Part shown: positions 1 through 9,477 of the stretch, in pieces
Position numbering within the stretch: the stretch's first letter is position 1
Layout of the letters: each line of letters starts with the position of its first letter
Origin: an uncultured virus (IMG/VR IMGVR_UViG_2061766007_000116)
Taxonomy: Duplodnaviria; Heunggongvirae; Uroviricota; Caudoviricetes
Length of the DNA stretch: 64,000 bases
Virus record (IMG/VR): IMGVR_UViG_2061766007_000116
Direction: 5' to 3' (one strand)
Notes under the pieces: generated by a model
Databases searched by the model: none
What the model was told of the DNA's origin: nothing
What the model saw: the letters and a program-made list of their open reading frames with translations, nothing else
Program-made: the position numbers and the translations under genes

Positions 1-197
1 CAGGCTACCGGGGCGCGGCGCGGCGCGCCGTTTCCCTCTTTCCCGACACCGACGTGCGGCTTCTCGCGGATTTTTTACAGCAGGAGCGGTTTTAGCGGAA
101 TACCCGCTCACAGATGAGAAAAGAGACGCCCCGGGAGAAGCGCTTCGTAAAGAAGCTTCGAGCCGATAGAAGAGAAAAAAGTTGGGAGGATAGAACG

Positions 198-1120
198 ATG
201 CTTTTCAGGCAGATTAAGAAGCAAAAAAGCATAAACACGAGTGAAATTGTTGATGAGATTGAAAACAGCGTTTACTCCCATTTGAAACCGTATGGCTTTC
301 GAAAATTTGGGCGAACACTCCATCGGTTCGTGTCCGAAGATATCTCACAGGTAATCAACTTTCAAAGTGCTCTTCCAACAAAAGGAATGAGCGGTTTACT
401 GTGTGTAAATTTGGGCATCCGTGTGCCGGAATGCGCGGAAAGATGTTTTCGTATACACAGTGAAAAGAAAAAATACTACCATGAATACGACTGCAATATT
501 CGCTCAAGACTGGGAACGGTGTCTGGAAATAAAGAGACGTGGTATGATCTGCGGAATAATACGAAAAAAATAATAGAAAGTATCCAGAAGGAAATAGACG
601 GAGTCGTTCTTCCTGTGTTTGGAGTGCTGAACAGAAGAGATGCTATCTTATCTCACCGTAGAGAATACCCACTGTTTGATGAGCTGAACTCTCATTTGAT
701 CTTATTGGAAGAGAGCATGATCTACGGGCATCTCGGCGATACGGAAAAGGCGAAAGAACTGTTTGAAGCCTATTATNNNNNNNNNNCAGAGATGCTATCT
801 TATCTCACCGTAGAGAATACCCACTGTTTGATGCGCTGAACTCTCATTTGATCTTATTGGAAGAGAGCATGATCTACTGGCATCTCGGCGATACGGAAAA
901 GGCGAAAGAACTGTTTGAAGCCTATTATCAATCCGCTGTAAGCGAATACGAAGATCAATTGAAAAACGGTAGACAGCAATATCTGAAAAAGGGAGAACGA
1001 GTCATTTTCATGGGACAGGATATTACCGCGAAAAAGGACGGCTGGGTCACACTTTACGGGGCAAGTCATAAGCACATCGAATATCTTGACCAATTGGCAA
1101 ATGATCTTAACCTGAGATAA
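198..1120 (+). CDS. DUF4304-like protein (host), split and partly duplicated at an N gap
   Basis: GGAGG RBS before ATG at 198, LKPYGFRKFGRT...QVINFQS motif. Sequence 787-926 repeats 635-776 across the gap. Confidence 0.65.
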
Positions 1121-1198
1121 GTACAGCGACAATTAGATTAGCTGTCCACACTAATAGCGAGCATCGGATTTTGATCCCAAAATCCGGAACAGTGCGAC

Positions 1199-1234
1199 AA
1201 AAGAGGCGTGACCGTTGCGGTCACGCCTCTTTCA
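1199..1234 (+). terminator. Intrinsic terminator (second copy at ~1353-1388 is an assembly duplicate)
   Basis: AAAGAGGCGTGACCG-TTG-CGGTCACGCCTCTTT hairpin downstream of the ORF. Confidence 0.7.
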
Positions 1235-1487
1235 TATCCTTTTTNNNNNNNNNNCTGATCTTAACCTGAGATAAGTACAGCGACAATTAGATTAGCTGTC
1301 CTCACTAATAGCGAGCATCGGATTTTGATCCCAAAATCCGGAACAGTACGACAAAAGAGGCGTGACCGTTGCGGTCACGCCTCTTTCATATCCTTTTTAG
1401 CTAGTAATGGCCATCTCAAAACAACTTCCTTGCGGAGGGTGCCCCGGAGGCGTCTCTTTTTCTCGGTGCGGTCTGTACACGTTGCGG

Positions 1488-2025
1488 TCATAACGGGAGC
1501 AGCATATAGATCAGCTCCTGAAATCCGCTGATACGGGAGTTAAAGCCTTTGGGATTTCTGCCAAATTCTTCAAACCCCAGATCCCGGTACAGCGCTATGG
1601 CGCGTTCGTTTTCAGCCACCACGTTCAGTTCCAACTGGGCATATCCGGCTTCTCTGGCGCATTGGATGCAGGCGCGTGTCATCGCCCTGCCCAATCCGAG
1701 CCCCCAGTATTTTTTGAGAATACTGATCCCGAATTCCGCCCGGTGTTTTATCTTGTCTTTCGTTCCCACCGCCTCGATCCCGGCGCTNNNNNNNNNNNNN
1801 AAGGGCGATGATCTCGATCTCGTTGGGGCTCTTCGTCTTCTCTTCCAGAAACTGCCCCTCCTGCGCGGGATCGTAACTGTTCTCATCGGGGTAGCTCAGC
1901 AAATAATCCGTCTCGCCGTGGGCGGCGTTGAACGCCTCGTACACAGCGGCCCCGTCTGACGCGCCGCCGTTTACAAGCCGCGCCTTCCGTCCGTCTTTAA
2001 GGGTGATCGTTTCATCAAACAGCAT
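1488..2025 (-). CDS. GNAT family N-acetyltransferase (host; frame broken by N gap)
   Basis: Acetyl-CoA motif YWGLGLGRAM and LNVVAENERAIALYRDLGF. Confidence 0.85.
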
Positions 2026-2234
2026 GGTATCTCCTCGCAAATATCGGTTTTCTTCGCCTTTGCCGTCCGGTATCCGGCAGGGCGGACGNNNNNNNNNNNN
2101 NNNNNNNNNNNNNNNNNNNATAGCACAAGGAACCGCGAACGGCAACCCTGCTGATCGCGCCCCGGCGTTTGGAATTCGTTTCGACTCCCTCCGCTGAACG
2201 TTCCGTCAAAAAGAAGACCCGCGCCATAAGCGCG

Positions 2235-2835
2235 GGTCTTCTTTNNNNNNNNNNGTCGTGCAATTATTTCTGCAAAGCGCCATCAATCGCTTTTCGCCCG
2301 GATGTGTTTGCTTGTTCAATGCGAAAATCACATCAAAATACGATTCCAAAAAGGCGGCTGTTCTGTGAACAACGCTTACCCTGTCGTTTCTGACGTTAGC
2401 CTTTTTCACTTGAAGAGAGTATGCGGGCATAGCGCCGTATAAAAGAGCTGTGTTTCTTTTGATGATGTTTTTTCGAAGTTCTTCGGGATAAGGAACAGAA
2501 AAGCGCTCTTTGGCGTTTTGAAGCCTTCCGTGCTTATCGCAGACAATTTTACAGGTCAAAAGGTTATGCCACATACAGGTGGTATATCCGTTGTTTGCCT
2601 CAAATCCTTCGACAACTCTCGCAACACCGTCACAAAATTCGTCCAAATTGCGGTAAAGGATGTCAATGTCGATTCCATTGTTCAGAACGCAGTTATCCTC
2701 GTATTCCCAGTAATGGTTTCCAATCTCCATATATTGGCAGTAATCAGCCAATAATGCGCGTCTGCTTTCTTCTCCGATTGGCGCAGTGATGTAAACATAC
2801 ACATCATAATCGGATTTTTCATCATAGTTTTCTCC
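2235..2835 (-). other. Near-identical second copy or allele of the DUF4037 nucleotidyltransferase, probably an assembly duplicate
   Basis: Flanked by N gaps and nearly identical to 3084-3644. Confidence 0.7.
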
Positions 2836-2948
2836 NNNNNNNNNNCCTCGTCCGAATACTGTGGAGTAGTGAACTTCTGTAAGAACTGCTTACTCCGCAA
2901 AACCGCATTGATTGTTTTGATTAATTTATCAGAATTGTATGGATAATA

Positions 2949-3719
2949 TCATAAACATTCCCGTAGCAACACTGCTTTAAGCTCTGAAATAATCGTATTC
3001 AAATCTTCGGTCAGATTATCGCTTTGTGTCAGCATATCGTCAAAAAGTCGGTTTAGGTTTTCTTCAAAGTGCTCAGGAAGAATCGTGCAATTATTTCTGC
3101 AAAGCGCCATCAATCGCTTTTCGCCCGGATGTNNNNNNNNNNNNNNNNNNNNNNNNNNNNNNNNNNNNNNNNNNNNNNNNNNNNNNNNNNNNNNNNNNNN
3201 NNNNNNNNNNNNNNNNNNNNNNNNNNNNNNNNNNNNNNNNNNNNNNNNNNNNNNNNNNNNNNNNNNNTTGATGATGTTGTTTCGAAGTTCTTCGGGATAA
3301 GGAACGGAAAAGCGTTCTTTTGCGTTTTGAAGCCTTCCGTGCTTATCGCAGACAATTTTGCAGGTCAAAAGGTTATGCCACATACAGGTGGTATATCCGT
3401 TGCACGCCTCAAAACCTTCGACTACTCTCGCAACACCGTCACAGAATTCGTCCAAATTGCGGTAAAGGATGTCGATGTCGATTCCATTGTTCAGAACACA
3501 GTTATCCTCGTATTCCCAGTAATGGTTTCCAATCTCCATATATTGACAGTAATCAGCCAATAATGCGTGTCTGCTTTCTTCTCCGATTGGCGCTGTGATG
3601 TAAACATACACATCATAATCGGATTTTTCATCATAGTTTTCTCCCGAACGGGAACCGCCGAGTGCTATCGCCTCTACCTGAGCATATTCGGATAGTTTTT
3701 CAAATAGTTGATTTATCAT
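2949..3719 (-). CDS. Nucleotidyltransferase with DUF4037 domain (host)
   Basis: Pol-beta NTase motif LGGSRS...SDYDVYV and C-terminal HPGEKRL. Confidence 0.8.
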   Translation of the reverse strand: MINQLFEKLSEYAQVEAIALGGSRSGENYDEKSDYDVYVYITAPIGEESRHALLADYCQYMEIGNHYWEYEDNCVLNNGIDIDILYRNLDEFCDGVARVVEGFEACNGYTTCMWHNLLTCKIVCDKHGRLQNAKERFSVPYPEELRNNIIXXXXXXXXXXXXXXXXXXXXXXXXXXXXXXXXXXXXXXXXXXXXXXHPGEKRLMALCRNNCTILPEHFEENLNRLFDDMLTQSDNLTEDLNTIISELKAVLLRECL

Positions 3720-4032
3720 TTTTTCATCACCTATCAATTTCGATTTTTCGTAGAAATATCATATCATATTCAAATCAACTTGTCCAATACATTTTGTAAG
3801 GACACAACAGGCGGATAGATAGTAAATGACGACATGCTCTGCAAGTGGACGTCGGAATGATGGAGAAACTTTTCGCCTCTGCCGGTGAAGGCTGCGTATG
3901 ATTTGCTTTGATATGATGATTTCCTTTTTCTCTTTTGATAAGTATTGATAAAGCTTGACAATGCGTGCGGCAAAATATTAGGATTTTTCTAACAAAGGAC
4001 TGTTATATGCCATAACTACATTTTCTCCTATT

Positions 4033-4138
4033 TAATGAATAAAGAATAGTGAATAACGAATAACGAATAATCCACTGGAAACGCCGCAAAGGGTCATCTG
4101 TTATAAACTATTCACTATTCATTATTCACTATTCATTG
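4033..4138. repeat. Inverted arrays of 7-mer repeats (GAATAAC/GAATAGT versus CTATTCA/TTATTCA)
   Basis: Directly visible heptamer tandem repeats in two inverted arms around a ~40-bp core. Confidence 0.7.
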
Positions 4139-4198
4139 AACCATGCGTCAGCATGGCGTTTCTGGAAAAGGTATCGCGTTTTGATAGAAAAACGCTTA

Positions 4199-4305
4199 GG
4201 GGGGTGCACCGCCTGTTCAGAGGGGTGCATTTCGTATTAGGGGGGTGCAAACGGCAAAGGGGGTGCAAATGGAAAAGGGGGTGCAAAGTGAACGATAGGG
4301 GTACA
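4199..4305. repeat. Six GGGGT(G/A)CA direct repeats with 18-21 bp period near the presumed prophage end
   Basis: Copies end at 4208, 4229, 4249, 4267, 4285 and 4305. Confidence 0.85.
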
Positions 4306-4319
4306 CTGACAAACTGGAT

Positions 4320-4808
4320 TTATTTCAGTATTAATGTGAATATCCACGAAATCAAAGCTGCAAACAACGGGTAAGCTATAACAGTACCAATGATTTTTAC
4401 AAGCCAAGTTTTCTTATGGATATAAGGCAAAAGATCCTCTGTTCCGGGTATTAACCATGCTTTTGTATGTCCCACCCAATACCAATCTATAAACACACGG
4501 TCAAAAAGTCCGCATAGTAGATACATTACAGTCAGTTGGATAAACCCGTCAAAAAATGTTTCTGCACCATTTACAAAGAAGACCATTAGTGGAGCTACTA
4601 TAACAAGTGCCAGCATTAAAATAAGTCCAGAAACAGTATTGTTTCGTTTGATCTCCTTTTCTGTAATAAGTCCCAACTCTACAACACGGTCTTTGACTGG
4701 CTGCTCATAGTAATGGACGCCGCCGACTGCACCGTTTCGGATGTTCACTACACATACAAGCAGTAAAACAAAATTTAGTACAAAGCTTTCGATGACAGAT
4801 AAAATCAT
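4320..4808 (-). CDS. Membrane protein (about 4 TM segments), unknown function
   Basis: Hydrophobic segments, AGGTGA RBS. Confidence 0.75.
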   Translation of the reverse strand: MILSVIESFVLNFVLLLVCVVNIRNGAVGGVHYYEQPVKDRVVELGLITEKEIKRNNTVSGLILMLALVIVAPLMVFFVNGAETFFDGFIQLTVMYLLCGLFDRVFIDWYWVGHTKAWLIPGTEDLLPYIHKKTWLVKIIGTVIAYPLFAALISWIFTLILK

Positions 4809-4844
4809 AATAACTCACCTTTAAATCTCGATTTAGCCAACTGT

Positions 4845-5042
4845 TTACCAATCATCATCCAACAGCGCAGACAGGCCCTCGGCCTCGTCCACCCATGATG
4901 GATCATACTTTGCCTTCTTCATGGGAGCCCCGCAGGATGGACAGACCTTGTATGGCTTATTGCAGGATGCTCCACAAGCGGAGCAGATATACTCATCAGG
5001 GCGTAGCAGGTGCGTCCGCTGGGTCCAGTGCGCTGATTTCAT
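4845..5042 (-). CDS. Small zinc-ribbon protein
   Basis: CSACG...CPSCG, start overlaps the upstream stop. Confidence 0.7.
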   Translation of the reverse strand: MKSAHWTQRTHLLRPDEYICSACGASCNKPYKVCPSCGAPMKKAKYDPSWVDEAEGLSALLDDDW

Positions 5043-5380
5043 TCGAGAGTACCCATCCTGTCTTTGAGCTCCTGCACCCGCTTGTTGTATTCTTCTTGAG
5101 AGATTGCGCCGTTCTCCAAAAACATATCCAGAGCGCCTTTCCGCTCGTCAAACAGGTACTGCTGCTTTTCCTCCGGGGTAAACTTGTCAAAGCGATGGGA
5201 TTCAACTTTTTTGAGAATTCCGGGGAGCAGGTTCAGAAAGTGCTGGCCGATCTGTTGGGCATCATAATGATAAGACTCGCAGATGAAACGGAGGGTATCC
5301 GCCGACAGCAATCGCCCGTCCCGTTTTGCTTCTTTCAATGCAACGTACTCGTCATATTCCTTGTTTGACAGTTGCTTCAT
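5039..5380 (-). CDS. Hypothetical protein with SHOCT-like C-terminus
   Basis: LDMFLENGAISQEEY, 4-bp overlaps with both neighbours. Confidence 0.7.
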   Translation of the reverse strand: MKQLSNKEYDEYVALKEAKRDGRLLSADTLRFICESYHYDAQQIGQHFLNLLPGILKKVESHRFDKFTPEEKQQYLFDERKGALDMFLENGAISQEEYNKRVQELKDRMGTLE

Positions 5381-5559
5381 TGATCTTCACCCATTTTCTC
5401 AATCAGATCATGCAGGCTCTTGTCGTGTTGCGCCTGCGAGATCGCACCATGTTCCAGAAAGCCATCGAGCAGGGCCTTTTGCCGCAGGAATAGTTGATGG
5501 TTTTTCTCTGCATATGAAAGAGTGTCCCATTCCTTGCTTTCAATTTCCATGTAAATCAC
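5377..5559 (-). CDS. Small SHOCT-like protein, paralogous to the C-terminal half of 5039-5380
   Basis: LDGFLEHGAISQAQH, preceded by a TTGTTA-N17-TATAAT promoter. Confidence 0.65.
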   Translation of the reverse strand: MIYMEIESKEWDTLSYAEKNHQLFLRQKALLDGFLEHGAISQAQHDKSLHDLIEKMGEDQ

Positions 5560-5602
5560 CGCGCACGATTATACCATCTCTCCGGCCCAATAACAAGATG
5601 AA

Positions 5603-5630
5603 AGCCCACAAGCTGCAATGCCTGTGGGCT
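5603..5630 (-). terminator. CCCACA-type hairpin terminator (family member 1 of 3)
   Basis: AGCCCACAAGC-N6-GCCTGTGGGCT. Confidence 0.7.
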
Positions 5631-5652
5631 GTTGAGTGTTTATGAGGGGGGG

Positions 5653-6234
5653 TTACTCAGATACCTTTGAGAAGTAAATCGTGTTGCGGACGTCGTACTG
5701 CGTAGGAACATGATCATCATACGTTACTTCCAGCGTGATGCTGGAAGCGTCGCTGTTCGGCACGTATTGGAAAATCACGATGCTTTCGGTAGCCTTCTTT
5801 TCCTTTTCCGCACTGATAGTCCGCGTAAAGATCACCACATTCGGGTCTCCGCTATCAACCTGAGTAGCAATACCATCAGAGAGCTCAATCCGGCAGTTTT
5901 GGGCTCCGGTAAACCGATAGGTAACGGTGATGTCGGTACCGACGCCCTTGTTTTTCTCGGTAATCACGGTGCTGCTGATGCGTACATAGCAGGCTTCATT
6001 CTGAGGAAACTCCTTCCGCTGATTACCATAGGACCAATTGCTATCGCTGCCAGAGGAATAGGATACATTGGTGTTCGCCTTATAGAACGTGTCAATTTTT
6101 TCTTCCTTTTCTTCAGCAGGCGGCTTTTCTGTTGCAGCTTCATCTTTTTTACCGAAAGGAGAACTGCACCCACAGAGGGAGAGCACCATAATAGCACACA
6201 GGAACAAAGACACGATTCTCTTGATTTTGTTCAT
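5653..6234 (-). CDS. Lipoprotein of unknown function
   Basis: Signal peptide with lipobox LSLCGC, beta-rich body. Confidence 0.8.
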   Translation of the reverse strand: MNKIKRIVSLFLCAIMVLSLCGCSSPFGKKDEAATEKPPAEEKEEKIDTFYKANTNVSYSSGSDSNWSYGNQRKEFPQNEACYVRISSTVITEKNKGVGTDITVTYRFTGAQNCRIELSDGIATQVDSGDPNVVIFTRTISAEKEKKATESIVIFQYVPNSDASSITLEVTYDDHVPTQYDVRNTIYFSKVSE

Positions 6235-6254
6235 TTTCGTTTCTCCTTTCGCCC

Positions 6255-7625
6255 TTAAAGGTTACTGAAAAGCTGTTCAAACAGCTCTGTGCCAATCGAG
6301 TACGCTACTTCAAAAGCGCTGGGTCTAAATGATGAGCCAGAATAGACAAGCTCAATTGTACCGCTTACGTGCTGACCATTTTTGATTGCTTCGGCCCACA
6401 AATCTTCCATCGCTTTGTACGCACCCTTGTTCAATTCGCCGTTCATGGCAACAATGTTAGCAAGGGTATTATTGCCGTCAAACTGGTCCGCTATCAGGTG
6501 GCCGCGATCATCTCCAGCTCTCTGGAAACCACGGCCTATTTCCTGCAAAGTGTTTAGAATGGGCAATCGGCCCGTCCTGTTCTTTAATGCGAGGTCCTCG
6601 AAAGTAACCTTTACAATTCTGCCAAGAGCATCGGTCTGGTATGTGTACCGTCCAAGCTGGTATGTGATGTTTGGCAGGAGCTGCCCGTTCACTTGGAAAA
6701 CAGTTCCTGCGGCGTCAGTCATAACAGTTTGAGCAGATTCCTCAAGACCAAGCTGGAATACCGTGTTTGCCGGGAGACGGCCTTTGGCCATATCCGCCAG
6801 CAAAGTGAGGCTTATGTCTGCAAGCTGCTTACCGCCCGTACTGAACAGATATGGGATGTCGCCTGTAGCAGTCTTAATAAAGATGCCTTTTGCGCTGTAG
6901 TAGGCGTTTCCGATTACCTCGCCTGCAGTGGTCACAACAGAGCCATCAAGTTTGATTTTTGCCTTTGTACCATCAAGAAACTTGAGGGTCGTGGGCAGCT
7001 TGAGATTCTTTAGGAGCGTTCTCCCGACGGAACAAATGGCTCCCCACATAAAGCCATCTGCGAATCCCTCAATGAGATACTTTTTCAGAGCGGCTTTCGG
7101 AAGCTCACCATCTTTGCAGTTTCGTACTGTATTCAGGGCTGCAAACATAGCGCCACCGACGAAGGCGTCTTTGGTGACCTTCGCGGGAGAAGCAAAGAAA
7201 TAATAGGTGGCTCCCTTTGTATAGTGGTGAACGATACCGACCGTAATGATAATAGCTGTTCCAACCGCAAACTTACCGATTACGGCAGGGNNNNNNNNNN
7301 NNNNNNNNNNNNNNNNNNNNNNNNNNNNNAAATCCTCAACCGTGTTGGTCCCAACAACGACCTCGATAATGTAGGCTTCGCAGAAGAAACTCTCGTCGAT
7401 GGTGAGCTCATACGTGTTTTCTTCATACTTGAGGTTTTCAAGGACAAGCTGCTCTGTGATGTTTTCTTCGGTTATCGCAACAGAGTCAACGAATGATTCG
7501 TTTATTACCTGTTCCGGGATGTATGTGAACTGAGATTCTGACTTCTTTTTGCTGCTACACCCTGCCAGACACTGCGTGCACAGGATGATCGCCAATAATA
7601 TTGCAATGACTTTCCTGACCCGCAT
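6255..7625 (-). CDS. Lipoprotein with internal hydrophobic helices and a C-terminal DNA/RNA non-specific (His-Me finger) endonuclease domain
   Basis: Lipobox LAGC. DDRGHLIADQFDG...NIVAMNGELNKGAYKAME catalytic motif. Confidence 0.8.
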   Translation of the reverse strand: MRVRKVIAILLAIILCTQCLAGCSSKKKSESQFTYIPEQVINESFVDSVAITEENITEQLVLENLKYEENTYELTIDESFFCEAYIIEVVVGTNTVEDXXXXXXXXXXXXXXPAVIGKFAVGTAIIITVGIVHHYTKGATYYFFASPAKVTKDAFVGGAMFAALNTVRNCKDGELPKAALKKYLIEGFADGFMWGAICSVGRTLLKNLKLPTTLKFLDGTKAKIKLDGSVVTTAGEVIGNAYYSAKGIFIKTATGDIPYLFSTGGKQLADISLTLLADMAKGRLPANTVFQLGLEESAQTVMTDAAGTVFQVNGQLLPNITYQLGRYTYQTDALGRIVKVTFEDLALKNRTGRLPILNTLQEIGRGFQRAGDDRGHLIADQFDGNNTLANIVAMNGELNKGAYKAMEDLWAEAIKNGQHVSGTIELVYSGSSFRPSAFEVAYSIGTELFEQLFSNL

Positions 7626-7639
7626 ATCATCACCGCTTT

Positions 7640-8005
7640 TTATTCAATCACGAGATCGATGGCTTCTCCGTTGTCCCGGTTATATACGTGCTTTCCAATA
7701 ATGGATCTTAATTGCCGTATGGCCTCGACCCGCTCCCCACAAAACTCGATATGGCAGGTTTGAGATTCCGAATTGTTAAGCTCGTTGTAAAAGTCCGAAA
7801 CATAAACGCTGAATTGGTCCAAAACATCCTCAAGGGGATACTGGGAGAGATCAGCGGCTGAAACGCCTTCTTCCAGTTCTGGCTCCTGCTCAAAACAAAG
7901 GCTTGTTACAAAGCCTGCGTCGCATTTGTAGATATCCGGCTCAACCTCAGCATACAAGGGAGAGCCATATTTTTCTGCTTTATAGCTTCTAATGTTTTTC
8001 ATCAT
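7640..8005 (-). CDS. Acidic hypothetical protein
   Basis: GGAGG RBS and TTGTAA-N17-TATAAT promoter at ~8042-8070. Confidence 0.75.
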   Translation of the reverse strand: MMKNIRSYKAEKYGSPLYAEVEPDIYKCDAGFVTSLCFEQEPELEEGVSAADLSQYPLEDVLDQFSVYVSDFYNELNNSESQTCHIEFCGERVEAIRQLRSIIGKHVYNRDNGEAIDLVIE

Positions 8006-8110
8006 GGCCTCCTATTTGTAGCTGTTCAAATTGAACGATTTATTATACACCAGATGAAGGCTTTTTACAATGTTACATTTGCGACTATGAGACAGATTTC
8101 AACAGAAAAC

Positions 8111-8136
8111 GCCCACAAGCCGTAAAGCCTGTGGGC
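8111..8136 (-). terminator. CCCACA-type hairpin terminator (member 2 of 3)
   Basis: GCCCACAAGC-N6-GCCTGTGGGC followed by a T-rich tract on the minus strand. Confidence 0.75.
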
Positions 8137-8152
8137 ATTGATTTATCAGGGC

Positions 8153-8275
8153 TTACACTCGGATCTCGGTGCCTTTCTGGAGCTTGAAGGTCAGGTCCCC
8201 ATCCCGGTTTACGGTGACGCAGTCAATTACGTCCAGCCAGAGCCGCTCGTCGAAGTGTTCCAGTGGCTGGTCCAA
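8153..8275 (-). pseudogene. Remnant 3' end (40 codons plus stop) of a serine recombinase gene
   Basis: Translates to LDQPLEHFDERLWLDVIDCVTVNRDGDLTFKLQKGTEIRV*, 31/40 identical to the C-terminus of 12467-14053. Confidence 0.9.
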
Positions 8276-9035
8276 TGTTATCACTAAGGAGCTTTGCAAT
8301 AAAACCCGCGTATTCTTCCCGAAGCGGAAGCTCCGTGTCCACCTTTAGTGCGCGGCGCTCAGCGGTTTCGGTTTTTCCCGTGATGGGATTGAAGCCCTCC
8401 TTGACATAGGAATCCCAATAGACACCCATGCCACGTTTTTGCCAGCTCGGGAGCTTATCAAAGTTTATGCCGTTCTGGAACAGAAGCTCATTCTTGAAAG
8501 CGATGGATTGGCCTTCAAGCATTTTCGTGGCTTCTGCCACACTCTTGCCCTGTTTGCGGAGCATCCAATAGCAATGGGCGTTAAGGGAGTTGCGATGCGC
8601 ATCCTCCTGCCGCCATAGGAAGTAATCCTGAACACGCTCCACAGTGGGCAGAGGCACCATTCGGCAATCAAAGATCGCCTGCTGGCCAAGCTGCATGGAG
8701 AATGCCGCACTGGCAACACCAGCGAGGAGGGAGTTAAACTTCCTCACTTTACGCCCAAACGTATCCTCGTCAGGGTGGAACAGCAAAGAAATCTCATCGC
8801 TTTCGGTAAAACCGTAGATAACCCTGAATCCGTAATTCATAAGGGCCTTCACGGTTTCAATCATCATATCACGGAAATGCTCATCGAAAGGGGCCTCAAA
8901 ATGACAGACTTCCTTGGTCAAGCGGGTGAAGCGGTTGCCGTCGAGACGTGCGACGAGGTACAGCTCCGGCAAAAGCACCTGATCTAAGGACTGCTCATAA
9001 ACACGCATTTTCGCGTCAAGATCATCAAAGTTCAC
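8223..9035 (-). CDS. thg1: tRNA(His) guanylyltransferase Thg1-like protein (3'-5' polymerase)
   Basis: RLDGNRF and ESDEISL catalytic carboxylates, FDCR, WRQEDAHRNSLN, KNELLFQNGINF. Confidence 0.92.
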   Translation of the reverse strand: MNFDDLDAKMRVYEQSLDQVLLPELYLVARLDGNRFTRLTKEVCHFEAPFDEHFRDMMIETVKALMNYGFRVIYGFTESDEISLLFHPDEDTFGRKVRKFNSLLAGVASAAFSMQLGQQAIFDCRMVPLPTVERVQDYFLWRQEDAHRNSLNAHCYWMLRKQGKSVAEATKMLEGQSIAFKNELLFQNGINFDKLPSWQKRGMGVYWDSYVKEGFNPITGKTETAERRALKVDTELPLREEYAGFIAKLLSDNIGPATGTLRRAALAGRN

Positions 9036-9477
9036 TGTCTTCCCTCCATTCGGAAATGGTCATGTTTTGCCCATCATTTCCCACAAAGTACAGTTCATCA
9101 AATCCTTCACTGCGGCTTGGAAGCTCCAGCCGATTTGAAGTCATCGCAATTGCCTTAGCCGGGATTCTTTCTTTCCCATCCCTTGAATTATTACGGGCAA
9201 TGCACTCCTGAAGCCGGGATTGCATGAAGTACCCCACAATGTGGTAACCCTCAGCTTTTGCGGGAAGAATGTACCGGGCACGGTCTTCGCGGGTTGGGTT
9301 GGTGTTATCTACTACATAGCTTTCGCTATTATTGTGGCATTCTGCGATCAGCCGCTTTTCGTTATTCCGGGTTTTCAGCGTGTCAAGGTTGACGCGCCTG
9401 ACCTCCGGGAGAAACTGGCGGCAGAATACTGATTTGCCGCTACCCTGAATGCCAATCATTATGTACGCTGTTTTCAT
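9025..9477 (-). CDS. P-loop kinase, AAA_33 / polynucleotide kinase-like
   Basis: Walker A GIQGSGKS, VVDNTN motif typical of PNK kinase domains, lid motif CIARN. Confidence 0.85.
   Translation of the reverse strand: MKTAYIMIGIQGSGKSVFCRQFLPEVRRVNLDTLKTRNNEKRLIAECHNNSESYVVDNTNPTREDRARYILPAKAEGYHIVGYFMQSRLQECIARNNSRDGKERIPAKAIAMTSNRLELPSRSEGFDELYFVGNDGQNMTISEWREDSEL

Noticed and set aside
635..3644. Tandem duplications of the DUF4304 3' end, its terminator and the DUF4037 gene
   Set aside because: Each duplicate abuts an N gap and is nearly identical, which is typical of strain-variant assembly artefacts.
4199..4305. Mini-CRISPR
   Set aside because: The 8-bp repeats and 10-13-bp spacers are far too short.
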